Assembly (NCBI GenBank): GCA_964016885.1
Contig: OZ024756.1
Span: 44,578,001 to 44,642,000, forward strand
DNA: 64,000 bases
Source: Eledone cirrhosa
Lineage: Eukaryota
Reading direction: 5' to 3'
Shown here: piece by piece, positions 1 through 13,558 of the stretch
Position numbering within the stretch: the stretch's first letter is position 1
Layout of the letters: each line of letters opens with the position of its first letter
Program-made: the position numbers and the translations under genes
Notes under the pieces: generated by a model
Told to the model about the DNA's origin: nothing
The model's database searches: none
The model's input: the letters and a program-made list of their open reading frames with translations, nothing else

Positions 1-22
1 ATATATATGTGTGTGTGTGTGT

Positions 23-98
<76 letters not shown>
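1..98. repeat. (TG)n microsatellite
   Basis: Near-pure GT dinucleotide run. Confidence 0.95.
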
Positions 99-102
<4 letters not shown>

Positions 103-843
103 ATATTTATTCACAGAAAGAGAGAGATGTGTCTTTCCCTGTTTGGGTGTTTGTGTGTGCCTGAATTGTACATGTGTGTGTGTACATGAATTTGTACCTT
201 TGTTTGTGGATGCATACGTGTGTGTGTACGTGTGTTTGTGCTAATGTGTGTGTACATGCGTGTTAATAAAAGAAGGAACCGCAAAAACAAGGAAATGACA
301 AGAAGCAATGTCGAATTATTGAGTAAGATTGCAATTGCACGAAAAAATAATCAACCGCCTATGTGTACTAACATTACTACTACTACTAATACTAATACTT
401 ATACTACTAATACTATTACTAGTATCATACTACTCCTGTTACTAGTATCATACTACTACTACTACTAGTATTACTACTACTACTGCTACTACTACTATCT
501 TTATTGTTGTTGATGTCATCATCACACTCGTCGTCATCATCGCTATCATTTTCAGATGACTCCGTGAATGTGATGTTTAATTAAAAAAAACCTACTTAAC
601 TTCGTTCCGAAGCAATGAAGTGAGACGCAGCACAATTTATTGTAAAAACAAACAAACAATCCAAACAAACAAAATAAACAACATAGAAATATTGAAATGA
701 CTTTGCCAATGGCAAACATTACGTAGAATCCCACTCTCGCTCTCACCAGAAAATAGCGAAGCAAAGTTATATATGTAGTTATACGCAGATATTGTATCGT
801 AACCACGTGGCTCTGTGTTCGATCTTCGACCTTTGAGCTGTGA

Positions 844-844
<1 letters not shown>

Positions 845-912
<68 letters not shown>

Positions 913-937
913 TATACAATATATATATATATACATA

Positions 938-1001
<64 letters not shown>

Positions 1002-1184
1002 CATATATACATATATATACATACATACTTATATATATGCATGTATATACATATATATATATATATACACATATGTGTATATATATACACATATATATAT
1101 ACATATATATACATATATATATATACATATGTGTATATATATACACATATATATATACATATATATGTGTGTGTGTGTGTGTGT
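845..1184. repeat. compound (TA)n/(CA)n/(TG)n microsatellite
   Basis: Directly visible; the source of several spurious YI/HT ORFs. Confidence 0.95.
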
Positions 1185-1189
1185 AGAAA

Positions 1190-1259
1190 AATAAACCTCA
1201 TTTGGTCATTCCATGAGAGTATCATGGTCATCCTAAGAACTTTTCATCCGACCCTCGTA
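1190..1259 (-). mobile_element. possible Tc1/mariner terminal inverted repeat remnant
   Basis: Minus strand reads TA-CGAGGGTCGGATGAAAAGTTCTTAGG, resembling mariner TIRs beside a TA target. No partner TIR found. Confidence 0.35.
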
Positions 1260-2175
1260 GATTCTTTAAAGAAATATAACGATAAGTTATTTTCATCATA
1301 AATCTTTTCCACGAACAAACGCCTTCCCCGTAACTAAAATTCATAGAAATTTAAATTTGAATCTGGCAGAAACTAGATGTAATTTCATTCTCTCCAATGC
1401 CAACTTGTAATTGAGCGAATTAAATATTTATTAACTCCTCATAGAGTAAATTAAATGTGTGCAAAAGTCCTTGTCGAGAAGTATGAATCTAGCTAATCTT
1501 GGGGAATTGAGGAAACATCAAAGAGAATTGTAAAATGTCATAGTGAGTTATCAAAGTATTGTCATGTGGAAAGATATCAATAAAATATATCTTAAATAGA
1601 AATAGAAAGCTTCGCCATAACATGACCCAATAAATAGAAGGCTTCGCCGTAACATTTGACTAAATAAAGTAGTCAAACAATAGGTTGTAAAAAGACCCAC
1701 TGAACAGAAAAAGATGGCTATTAACACTGAGTTCAAAAGATGCATATCAGCACACATTGGTCTGACACCCACTTTGTTCCATTCAGTGGCTTTATACGCC
1801 CCATTATTAGACTCTTTTATTCTTTCTATTTCTATTTTCAAACGTCACTCGCCGCTTTCTAAACAAACTTCATAACTTGGATTGATTGGAATATAAACAG
1901 TGTACACAAACCTACAGCAAATAAAAAACACTTTTATCCTCGATTCATTATTTATTCCAAGCATGTGTAACAAACCAAAATACACTACTACTGGCAATAT
2001 ATTGAAATCCTCTAAATTATCCACTCTTCCTATTACAATTCGGATTTACTGTGTCAGAATTTTAACCAAGGAGGTTATTCAACTGTTTATTTTGGTCGGT
2101 GCTTTTCAGTACATTTTTTTTTTGCCAACAAAAATTCTGGCAACGATTATATGCTTATATTCCACACACACACAC

Positions 2176-2176
<1 letters not shown>

Positions 2177-2273
<97 letters not shown>

Positions 2274-2308
2274 GCGTGTGTGTGTGTGTTTATATATATA
2301 TATATATA
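2177..2308. repeat. (TG)n/(TA)n microsatellite
   Basis: Directly visible. Confidence 0.95.
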
Positions 2309-3063
2309 TGGAGGTGTATACATCTAGTTTTAAAGGCGTACATACATACATGCATATCATATATATCGCAGCCGTCCAGCATGCGGCAGATGCGAGGCTC
2401 AATTCCCGTAGACTGCTCTTTCCGCTATTCTCATTGCCGCGAGATTATTATTTTTCTAACTTCTAAAAATTGTGATGTAATTAACTAGATTTGTGATGGC
2501 TTTACAACATGTACACATAATTCCAAATTTTCAAGTTTTACCGATGTCCTGTAAGTCAACACGAACCCATCTGGTTGCGAGGTGAACTAACTCTTTAACC
2601 ACACATCCATGCCTACGCCTGAGTGACATTATGTGTAAACATATACACGATAGCGAACAATTTTCGATATTAATAACGAAATATTGAAAGGTGCGTTAAA
2701 TATTAGTGATACAGAAAGATCTGATCTTTCACAGATGCAAGTGAATATTAACTTTGTTATAACTTAAGAAGTGAACTTAGATAAATAGAGAATTTTTATT
2801 TTGAAGTCTGATACATAGAGATGAAAAGAGCACTTAATGTGTTTGACAGTAGGAAAATTAAATCTGTTTATACATGAATCTATACATTTATCATGGATAG
2901 ACGAAACACGTTGTTGCAAGCAAAAAGACGCTGCACTTTGCAGACGTCTTCATCCTTAATCAACAATTAATAGTAAGAACTATGGAATTTCAAGTATTCA
3001 CAACATATTGTACTCACAGGCTATATTATATATATACACGCATACATACATACATACATACAT

Positions 3064-4302
3064 ACATGGCTAAAAGAAATCCGAAAGAACTATTGATCCT
3101 ACACTACAGCAAAAACATACGAAATAAGTGAGGGTACCCTTGAGACTGTGATAGGAAAACTCCAAGATAAGAAAACACCAGCAAGAGACATGATTGTCGG
3201 CTACTGGTACAAAAACCTGATATTCTATCGGAGGTATCTTACTGACCTCTACCAACAAGTTCTTAAGGGAGATACGCTTATACCAGAATGGGTGACATTA
3301 GCACAAACATTACTGGTCCCCAAGAACAAAGACATCCACTTGGCAAAAAACTACCGACCCATTGCATGCCAGAATCTGATGTATAAGATGTATACAGCCT
3401 GCCTGAACCTATTCCTCCAAGATCACTGTGAAAATAATAACATCATCACAGATGAACAAGCAGCTGGAAAGAAAAATGTTTGGGGATGTGCTTAACAACT
3501 CCTAATCAACAAAACTGCGATGTCGGAGGTGCGACAACTTAGGAGGAATATGGCTACAGTCTGGCTGGACTACAGGAAAGCTTTCGATTCTGTTCCCCAC
3601 TCTTGGATGATAGAGGCCCTCCAATTTGCTAAAGTCCCAGACATTATTATCAGAGCCATAGAGAAGCTGTCTTCTTCTTGGGCTACTATCCTAAGGTTAA
3701 AGACAGAGAAGGGGGACTCTATTTTCACTGATAAAATAAAATATCGCAGGGGTATATTTCAGGGAGACAGTCTCTCTGTGATATTATTCATCCTGTCATT
3801 AAACCCCTTGTCCTTTCTGCTCAAGAAATGTGAAGGATACATCATTGGCTCGCAGGAGGACAGAAATGCGAACCTAACCCATAATTTCTTTGTGGATGAT
3901 CTGAAACTCTATGCCAAGAACATGGATGGGATGAAGAAAAACCTTGACCTGGTTACAACGTTCTCAAAGGATATAGGAATGGAGTTTGGCCAAGATAAAT
4001 GCTTATATATGACTGTAAAGCGGGGAAAAACAACAACCTAATCTAGCAACATTGTCATCAATGGCCTAACTGTTTCACCGATATCTGATGAGGACTGCTA
4101 CAGATACCTGGGGATAGATAAGAACATATCCTATAATGGTATCTGTAATAAGCAACGCGTAACAAGGGAATACTATACCCGATTAAGAAAGATTTGGTCA
4201 TCGGAACTCTCTGCGATAAACAAATCAGTAGCTCACAATGTGTTTGCTGTGCCTGTCCTAACACCAACGTTTGGAATACTCAATTGGACGATAGACGAAA
4301 TC
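3064..4302 (+). pseudogene. internal RT fragment of an R4/Dong-like non-LTR retrotransposon, with stops
   Basis: Split ORFs 3148-3495 and 3520-4041 contain NYRPIAC, WLDYRKAFDSVPH, GIFQGDSLS, FFVDDLKLY and MEFGQDKC, homologous to the ORFs at 50158 and 53061. In-frame stops at about 3493 and 4039; bounded by microsatellites. Confidence 0.9.
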
Positions 4303-4333
4303 CACACATACAATAACATCCATATATGTATAC

Positions 4334-4442
<109 letters not shown>

Positions 4443-5035
4443 GGTATGTTAGGAAATGTTCGGGGTTCGCAAACCAGGAACCACTGAGAGTTGCAACTTA
4501 AATGTAGATATATATAAACCGAGGTACTCTCTACATCTACGCGCTAGAGTTCTGTTTCCAAATATCAGTTATGTATTTGCTTCGGTTCACTTGACTACAA
4601 CATTATTAGCTAATGAAAAATGTGTATGGTGCTGTAACAAATTTGTAACAGGCTACATGTATTTATCCTTCCAGTGCAGTAACTGCAATAATACTTTTAA
4701 ATAAGTCGACTTAATAAACATTCATTGCATCAAACGAAAGTCTAGCTAATTTGCAGTCTATGAAGTTATAAATAAATACATTACCAGACATTATTTTTAT
4801 TGCATAAATCGCTTAGTTAATGGTGATGCGGCGTGATAATTTGACGTTTTCCATAAGAACTGTCCTTATTGTCCATTTTAACCGAGTCTATCATTGCGTC
4901 TTTATTACAAATTTACTTATAATTCTACCTCCATCTGCGAGGAGTGTAATTATCTTGTCGCTATATGAGAAAAAGAGAGAGAGAGAATGAGAACGACGAA
5001 GAGAGAGAGAGACACACACACACACACACATATAT

Positions 5036-5150
5036 ATAATTGTTTCTACTTTAGGCACAAGGCCAGCAATTACCCAGTGCATTACTGGTACTTTATTTTA
5101 TCGACCCCCGTAAGGATGAAAGGCAAAGTCAACCTCGGCGGGATTTGAAC
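5036..5150 (-). mobile_element. tRNA-derived SINE with Nin/Deu-like central domain, 5' truncated
   Basis: Reverse complement of GTTCAAATCCCGCCGAGGTTGACTTTGCCTTTCATCCTTACGGGGGTCGATAAAATAAAGTACCAG...GGCCTTGTGCCTAAAGTAGAAACAATTAT, shared with more than 10 copies in this window. Confidence 0.85.
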
Positions 5151-5526
5151 TAATGAGGGACAAATTGACCGACAGAGAAGTAACAAAAGAGATAGAAAAA
5201 GAGAGAATTCCATAGTTATTAATACATCTGAAGGAAGCTGTTCATGATATCTTTTAATATTAAAAGATATTTAACGAGTTTAACGAATTCTTTGCTTCAG
5301 TGGTTTGTTTGCTTGAATTAGTTCGTTAGTTGCTGTTATTGGTATTATATATCTCCAGATCAGTCCAGGTCGAACAAATATATGATCAAAGATATTCCAG
5401 TTATATGTTTCCAAATATTTACCATATGGTGAAATAAATTATCCAATATAATAGACAGGGTTGGATTAACCATTTAGCAAAATAAAGACATGCTCAGAGC
5501 ATCAAGTTAAATGTATATATCCCTAT

Positions 5527-5710
5527 TACGGGCAGGGCACTCATGGTCATAGATATACACCCTTACGGGCAGGGCACTCACGGACATAGATGCCGTCATT
5601 GTGGCAGGGCACTCACGAACATAGATATATACCATTGCGGGCAGGGCACTCGCCGACATTGATATATACCATTGCTGGCAGGGCACTGATTGACATAGAT
5701 ATACACCCTC
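5527..5710. repeat. minisatellite, about 40 bp unit x5
   Basis: Recurrent GGCAGGGCACTCA(C/T)G.ACATAGATAT core. Confidence 0.85.
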
Positions 5711-5862
5711 TGGACAAAATCAACAAGTGAAACATCCTCGTAACGTTAGTGAGCTACTCTTTCTCAACCTCTCCCTCCCCAACTCTTGAACAAAAACTTA
5801 CTAACATAAAAAACCACACATCCTGTTAATCGATCTCTATCTCTCTATATTTATCTTTACAG

Positions 5863-5984
5863 AGATGAACTGGCTATTGATTGGGAGAAGTTCGATCTAT
5901 CGTCACATGATCACGAGACACGCTATTTAGATTATGATGATGACCTGGTTGTGAAGATTGTATCTGCCACTGCCAGACTTTCAG
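5863..5984 (+). CDS. soluble guanylate cyclase subunit, internal exon (H-NOX region); absent from the ORF track
   Basis: Acceptor tttatctttacAG and donor G|GTgaaa. Encodes DELAIDWEKFDLSSHDHETRYLDYDDDLVVKIVSATARLS(G), matching the H-NOX YDD...LV.AA segment. Its phase-1 end joins the exon at 6341 in frame. Confidence 0.8.
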
Positions 5985-6026
5985 GTGAAATAACTTTCTT
6001 CTCTTCATTAATAAACTCATAGATTC

Positions 6027-6310
6027 GTTGTTGTTGCTGCTGTTTTTGTTGTTGTTGCTGTTAGTAATGTCGTTCTTATCGTTATGAATTAGTGTTGTTG
6101 TTGTAACTACTACTACTACTACTCCAAGTACTACCAGCACTACTACTACTGCCAGTAGTACTACCACTACAACAGCAACAACTACTGCTACTACCACTAT
6201 ATCTATTACTAATACTTCTATTACTGCCAGTACTACCACTACTACTATTATTATTACTACTCCTTCTAGTAGTAGTACTACTACTATTACTACTACTACT
6301 GCTACTACTA
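6027..6310. repeat. (TTG)n/(TAC)n degenerate trinucleotide repeats in a short intron
   Basis: Directly visible. Confidence 0.85.
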
Positions 6311-6340
6311 AACACAAACGATTCTATTTCTTACTTGTAG

Positions 6341-6530
6341 GTTGTTGGACGTTCAATGAACTGATGCATAAACTTGGCATGGAATATTTCAAGATTTGTG
6401 TTCATGAATACGACCGTTCGTTACGGTCAGTTGGCAGCAATCTGTTGGAGTTTTATAGCAATATAGATGGTCTACATGACCATATTTGGAATTCTACAAA
6501 GTTCGGTTCCCGTGTACCACCATCTTTCAG
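6341..6530 (+). CDS. soluble guanylate cyclase subunit, internal exon (H-NOX/HNOB core)
   Basis: Acceptor ttcttacttgtAG and donor AG|GTttgt. Encodes CWTFNELMHKLGMEYFKICVHEYDRSLRSVGSNLLEFYSNIDGLHDHIWNSTKFGSRVPPSF(R), compare sGC YD..LR.LGSN..EFL.NLD.LHDHL...PSFRC. Its phase-2 end matches the exon at 21141. Confidence 0.9.
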
Positions 6531-6570
6531 GTTTGTGCCATTGAAATTGTTTTACATTCTTATTCTCTAA

Positions 6571-6705
6571 GGCGGTGAATTGGTAGAATCGTTAGAATGT
6601 CAGAGAGAATACTTTATGGCATTCGTTCCGGCTGTCTGCTTCTTGATACCTTTCATCCGTTGGAGGTCGATATAAAAAAGTATACCAGTAATGAGCTGGG
6701 GTTCT
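6571..6705 (+). mobile_element. degenerate SINE copy
   Basis: A-box-like TGGTAGAATCGTTAG head and TTTCATCC...GGTCGAT...TACCAGTA core. Confidence 0.55.
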
Positions 6706-7496
6706 GGATTAGCTACACACAACAACAGGATGTGTTGTGCTGTTAATATTTGTAGTATACAATTGTTACTGTTGTTAGTTTGTTATTCATTTTGTGTGTA
6801 AAAAAGAAAATGTGTGTGTGTGTATGCACCAGTGTGAGCTAGTGCTTGTATTTCAAATTATCTGCATACTTATGTTTCTAAATGTATGTATGTATGCATA
6901 TATATGTATGTGTGTGTATATGACTATGTATTTGCATGCGTCTGTGTATATTTAAGTATATGTGTGAAAATGCCTGTATGTTTCTATGGTTACGTGAGCG
7001 AAAGTGATTGTATGTCTAAATGCGTGCATATGTCTTCACATATATATGTGTCTGTCTATGTGTTTTTATATGCAAATATGTATTTGTGCGTGCATTACCA
7101 TATATATATGTGTGTGTGTATATATATATACATATATACGTGTGTGCATGTGCGCAGAGAGATAGGTGGAGTTGGGTGTGTAGGTAGGTTTCCCGCCCTT
7201 AATCCGTTAACAACCAAGCTTGGAATATTTGGCACTGTGTGTAACTAAGCTGATTTGAAACTCATTCATCTGTGTACCAGCTACCTCTCCACACACATAT
7301 CTATATATCACACAAACGTGCGCCTCTATATATATACATGCACTAATATTGGCGTGCAAATGCGCTCTCTCAATTTTCTTTTTTTTAGTGGGGGGGGGGT
7401 TAACATAACTCAGTCTTTCTCTGATAACCTTTTATTCTTCTCCTTCCCATCACCACAGACTCTCTTTCTCTTTCTCTCTCCTTCTCACCTCTGATT

Positions 7497-7620
<124 letters not shown>

Positions 7621-7741
7621 CCTATCATTGTTTCTGTCTCTCTTTATCTCGTCGTTTACATCTCCATCAATTCTCAAACACAAACAATTGTGCAGTGATT
7701 GTTGTATTGCCGACAAACAAACGTAAACTTATACAACAGAA

Positions 7742-7800
<59 letters not shown>

Positions 7801-8298
7801 CATAACCACACATACATATGCACACGGATTTGCACTCACATGCATACATAAAAACGCACATACATACACACACGTTTTTCATTACAAATGCTACTCATTA
7901 ACTTCTTTCAAATATGTGTCTATATATATTTACACACACACACATATATATATATGAGAGAGAGAGAGTGTGTTTGTGTGTGTGTGTGTTTGTGTGTGTT
8001 ACAAAAAGAATACATTCCAAATTATATTTGAGATACATATTAAAATAAACATGAAATGTTATTTACAACATACTTATGTACTTATGATTTGACCTAGAAT
8101 GAATATCAGTCCCTTCACCGAATGACACATGCTTAGTTCGCACCTGAAACTCAAATGGCAATTTGAGAAGTTGAAAAGGCTGCATAGCCATCGTTGGGCT
8201 TTTTATTTGTTTTTTTCCAACTCTCCGCCTAGTACAAAATTATAAGACGGTATAGATAACCCTATATATATGGTATTCCTTTCGGCTTTCTCTCTCAT

Positions 8299-8380
8299 TT
8301 CAAATTCCCGCCGAGGTCAACTTTGCCTTCTACCCATTCGGGGTCGGTTAAAAAAAAGTACCAGTCTAGTATTGGGGCCG
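8299..8380 (+). mobile_element. SINE central-domain fragment
   Basis: TTCAAATTCCCGCCGAGGTCAACTTTGCCTT...GGGGTCGG...AGTACCAG. Confidence 0.7.
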
Positions 8381-8619
8381 ATTCTTCTTCTATATCTCTT
8401 TTTCATTTTCCTTCTCATGTTCCCCAGTTTCCCACCCCACATCATCCCCAGTTCCCCCACATTACTACGTCTCCAACTCCCCACCCACATCCTCTCCAAC
8501 TCCTCACCCCACAACATCAACTCCCACCCTACAAAATCTCCAGTTCTCCACCTCACAACATCTCCCAACCACCTTGGGGTGATAGTGTGTGTGTGTGGGG
8601 GGTGGGGGGGTGATGTCCT

Positions 8620-8870
8620 TGCTACTGTTGTAGTTACTGTTGTTACTGTTGTTGGTTTTTGCTGCTGTTGTTGGTGGTGCTATTGTGGTTTCTGTTGCTG
8701 CTGTTGTTGTTATTATTGTGATGGTTGTTGTTTCTATTGCTGACGCAGCTGTTGTTGGTGTTGTTGCTGCTGCTATTGGTAGTAGTGTTGTTGTTGTCGT
8801 TGCTGTTGTTGGTGTTAGCGTTTCTGCTGGAGGTGGTGGTGTTGTTGTTGTTAATGTTGTTGTTGTCATT
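8620..8870. repeat. (GTT/GCT)n degenerate trinucleotide repeat
   Basis: Directly visible. Confidence 0.85.
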
Positions 8871-9091
8871 GTAGAAGGAGGAGGAAGCTAGCAATTAAAT
8901 CCGCCCAAGTGGAAAATGTACAGATAGAAATCAGGGTCACTGTTTCACATTCTTGGTGAACAGGTTAGTACTATAGAAGATGGAGGGGGTGGAGGAGGAG
9001 GTGGTGGTGGAAGTGGTAGAGGTGGAAGGGGAGGATGAAGAAAAAGAAGAGAGTGACATAGCTAGATAGATAGATATATAGATAGATAGAT

Positions 9092-9330
9092 AAATTTCTT
9101 TATTAGCCACAAGGGCACAAAAGAAGGGGACAAATACAAATGGGGAGTTTACATACAGGTATAAGAAAATAAAACTATTAATACAATAACAAATAACAAT
9201 TGAAATCCCCAATAGGGGGGAGGTGTTACACAGGGGTTGTACACACCCCGAAAAAATGTACAACCCTCAACTCCAGGAGCACCAAGAGTGAGTACTCCCT
9301 TCCTATCTTCCTCAACCTACAGGCTTATAT
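9092..9330 (-). mobile_element. probable LINE 3' UTR fragment (Tx1/L1-like) inserted in (GATA)n
   Basis: Minus strand ends TTGTGGCTAATAAAGAAATT (poly-A signal) and runs into (ATCT)n. AGCTAGATAGATAGATA flanks both sides like a TSD. Clade assignment is tentative. Confidence 0.45.
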
Positions 9331-9825
9331 AAAGCTAGCTAGATAGATAGATAGTATTAATAAGACTTTTTTTTTTATTTCAGTCAATTCACGTCAAAGA
9401 AATTCTTAACAATTTCCAACATATCTTTAGCTTTTGTTGTCGTTTCTCTAGTGTCTGCCAATCTCATATCGTGCAAACAGCAATAGTTGAAAAGAAATTG
9501 AGACATCTGCCGTTTCATCTAATTGTATGGCAAACACTGGGGACTTCTATCTATATTTCATAGTATGATTACCTATCCTTTAACATCTCGCTTGATATCG
9601 AGACGATATCATGACGATATCGAGACGTGTTGCTATCTCAGTATTATGGGGGAGGATTGAACCACGTTACGTGGCGAGAGTGGCGGCGACGCCTGGTGAA
9701 TCCGCTAGTGGGGCCTGGATAATAGGAAATATCCTCCGTGAAGCCGCTTCTTTTGAGGGTCTGGTTGTAGTGAGGCGAGTGTTCATTGACGATCTGCTCA
9801 TTTGCGGACGAGCGTAATATGTATG

Positions 9826-9891
<66 letters not shown>

Positions 9892-10244
9892 TGGGGGAGC
9901 GAAATCAACGCAGATAAGATTTTTGGCTTCCAATTCTAAAATACCAGCCAGAGAGATAATGAAAGAGGCACGGGTTGAGAGGAGAAGCTGAAGAGTGCTG
10001 AGTCAACAAAATTAACATGATCAATGTTTGCTTCAAAATTTCACGCCAAATTATTACCGCTACTGTCTTCTTCTTTCAATCATCTGTAACAAATTGGCAT
10101 TTCATTGATTTGGCAAGTCCCAAGTTTATACTAACTTGGCCAATTTATAAAAAGATAACTTACGTATTTCTCTTGGGCTTTTGTATGGTGGCGTTCGCAG
10201 CATTAACAGCGATTAATAGCCAGAAAAATGTGAGCTAATTAATG

Positions 10245-10365
10245 AGCTCAGTTTATCAAATCCCGCCGAGGTTATCTTTGCCTTTCATCCTCACGGGGTC
10301 GATAAAATAAAGTACCAGTAATGTACTGGGTTATTGCTGGCCTTGTGCCAATAGTAGAAACAAGT
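10245..10365 (+). mobile_element. SINE, 5' truncated
   Basis: Same core and GGCCTTGTGCC...GTAGAAACAA tail. Confidence 0.8.
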
Positions 10366-10556
10366 ATTAAGTTCCTTCGCATTACGAGTTCTAATCTAAG
10401 GGGTGGTGGATTAGCACATATATACAAATATATACAATTTATTTATATATTATTAATACATACATTTATATACACATGTACGCATTTATCTATGTAATCT
10501 ATTCCTATATTACCTATCGCTCTCTTTATATATATATATAAATAATATATAAATAG

Positions 10557-10599
<43 letters not shown>

Positions 10600-10610
10600 T
10601 ATATAAATAG

Positions 10611-10666
<56 letters not shown>

Positions 10667-11219
10667 ATTATTTATAGAAATCATATGTAATATCCATGGA
10701 AATATTGCCAAATGCGTTACATAAGTTCTATGGATACACATAGATGCATAGACACACATACATACGTTCATATATACACACATACATTCATATACATACA
10801 TACATACATATAAACACACACATAGACACACATCCAGAAACACATACACACACTGACAGAGACACACACAGACAGAGAGAGAGAGAGATACACAGAGAAA
10901 GAGAGAGGCAGACACAGAGATATACAGTTATAGTATTAGGGTTAAAGTTGGTCAGCTAAAGTTATCAACGAGAGGAGTTTGTTACTAAAGAGAAGTCACA
11001 TCACAATATTATCTAATCAGATACTGCAGCTGTTACTTCCGGTTTCATATTGATTACATCCGGTTTAGCTTCTTTTATTAACTATGGTGGTGGTCATAGT
11101 GATGGTAATGATAGTGATAATGATCGTGATATTGATGATGGTGGTGATAATGGCGACGGTGATGATGTTGATGGTCATGGTAATAGTGAGAAAGAGATAT
11201 AGATGAATAATTGTCCCCA

Positions 11220-11712
11220 GTACTTGACTGGTAATTTTTTCATCGACCTTGATGAAAGTTGACCTCGGTGGGATTTGATCTCAGAGAGCTGAAACGAATA
11301 CAACAAAGCATTCTATCTGAGGTTCTAACAACTCTGCTAATTGTCTTCCAGTATAGTAAAGTCAATATTTGGTACAAGCTTCTCTGAAACGCTGGATTGG
11401 CAGTAGTTGTTAGAGAGTTGACTTTTCTACATTCTGGTTTCAAATCCTGCTGAAGTTAGCTTTGTCGTTCATACTTATGAGTTTGTTAAAATAAAGTACC
11501 AGTCAAATACTGGGATCGATTTAATCGAATGTAGAAACAATTACCATTTTGTAGCATAGAGTTACGGCCCTTTATGGTCTGAGTTCAAATCCCGCTGAGG
11601 TTAACTTCATCCTTAACTTCATCCTTTCATCCTTACGGGGTCGATAAAATAAAGTACCAGTAATACACTGGGATAATTGCTGGCCTTGTGCCTAAAGTAG
11701 AAACAATTATTT
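11220..11712. mobile_element. cluster of three SINE copies (about 11220-11345 minus; 11390-11545 and 11555-11712 plus)
   Basis: Repeated B-box GTTCAAATCC and AAAATAAAGTACCAG cores in both orientations. Confidence 0.75.
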
Positions 11713-11825
11713 AATTAACATCCGACTTATAATCAGATGTGTTGAGGCCATGATAGTGTGGATCCATTTCAAAGACTTATTCAATGTTATTTGTATTTAA
11801 ATTCTTCTGGTTATGATATGGAAGA

Positions 11826-11864
<39 letters not shown>

Positions 11865-12069
11865 GTATTAGCTATACTATTTATGGTTATGTAAACACAA
11901 AACCTTAAGCAGTTGTAAGTATTTTACACACACCCTAAATAGTGGTAGGCAGTAATGTATTACTACCTTATTACCAGTAAGTTAAGTAGCTCAATGTAAA
12001 AACATCAGATGATTTACAGAGCAGTTATATGAAATATAAGAATCAAAGAACTGTTCAAAACATTATTGT

Positions 12070-12114
12070 GCTTACAGCTGTTTCCTCCAAACCGAGGTTT
12101 GGATTCTTCGGAGC
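12070..12114 (-). ncRNA. type I hammerhead ribozyme, CCGAAGA core variant
   Basis: GCT-CCGAAGA-A-TCCAAAC-ctcg-GTTTGGA-G-GAAACAGCTGTA-AGC: helix I GCT/AGC, 7-bp helix II, palindromic helix III, GUA triplet. Confidence 0.7.
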
Positions 12115-13558
12115 AATTTATTAATGCATGGACAGTTATATGACCTCCTTTTCAGCCGAGAGACATACCAATACATATTCAAACATTGATACATATTCAA
12201 ACATTGTGGGTCAACATTCATTACAGAATTTAGAGTGGCAGTACACACTTCGAGATTACATTTATATTAATAGGTACAATCAAAAATCAAAGATATAGGT
12301 TAAAGTACAACATGAAGATAAGTGGTTATATAGTGCAAATGTTATATGTGTGGCACGCATGTGCGTCTTGTTTATATAGTGTGGCAGAGAGATATGTGTG
12401 GTAGAGGCCCTTAGGTAGGTAAATAAGAGTGTTAGGTTGGTAGATCTGGTGGCAAAGTCTTTATATGATTGATATAGTCTGTGTGTGGAGAAATATTATA
12501 AGCATTAAAGATAGTGCAAGCATTAAAAGTGTTATAAGTATTGGAGATGCACAGCGCAGGGATGTCAAGTAATTCATGTACTTCGGCATTTTCATGGTCA
12601 AGGGAGTGTATATTTCGATTATATGCCTTTCACATAATCCACGACAATCCAGTTAGAGATCGTAGTCTGGTGTTCTTTAGTTCGATACAGGAGGTTGTTA
12701 CGTTTCGAGAAACGCCATTGAATACCGGAAGTGTGTGTGTGGCTAAGGGGAGTTAATGCATGCGGGGAGGTAACTCTGGGGTTTCTATATCTAGCCATTA
12801 AAATGTGTCCCAATATAGACCCTAAATTCTATGGTGAGGTGCACCTTCCAAGAGAGACTTTTAAAGCATAAAGTGTACTAACTATAGAGTAGTTTAACTA
12901 AATTATGCTGAAGGTGATCATATTATTATTAAGGTGGATTAACCCATCTTAAGGTGCTACAAATGGAAATTATAGATGATGAGCGAGGATTCTAAAATAA
13001 TGATCTCTGTGGTTGTAGTCTGCTCATATGACCAGGCGCGGTGATTGCAGGATTGCTTCAGGACCCAATGATCTCTGGTAAGATCTGGGTCATCGCTTGC
13101 TACATTGGATGTCGAAAGATAATCGTCCCCAGGCAGGCCAAAGGTCAATCCGCAGTCCTCGCGACCTCTCTCTGACCGTCAGATCATCCATATACGTACA
13201 ACCCGCACGGCAGTTGCATTGCATTCACTCACTGCGCTCAGCAGCCCGGTCCTACTGGTCAACAGCGCTACTCGATTAAATCATTTTACATCTGTCTAAG
13301 GAAGGTGTTTCCTCTGCCCAACACCATCCAACCGATCAATTCATGCTCAAATTACCCTTAGAGCGGTGTAGTGCCGTCCAAGTGGGTGGATGTTGTCACA
13401 CCTGCCGTAGAGGTATAAATGGGTATTTTCCCTGCGAAGGGTTCCAGAGGGATGTCGTTGTTTGTGTTATAATGGATCAGCTAGTGTTGGGTATGTAGTA
13501 TAGGGTGTGTCTCTGGTGTTTGATGCTAGATGTGGTTTTAGGTTCCAGTCCGACATTG

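Noticed and set aside
5527-5710. About 40-bp periodic repeat resembling a CRISPR array
   Set aside because: The intervening sequences are homologous to each other rather than unique spacers; eukaryotic context and no cas genes.
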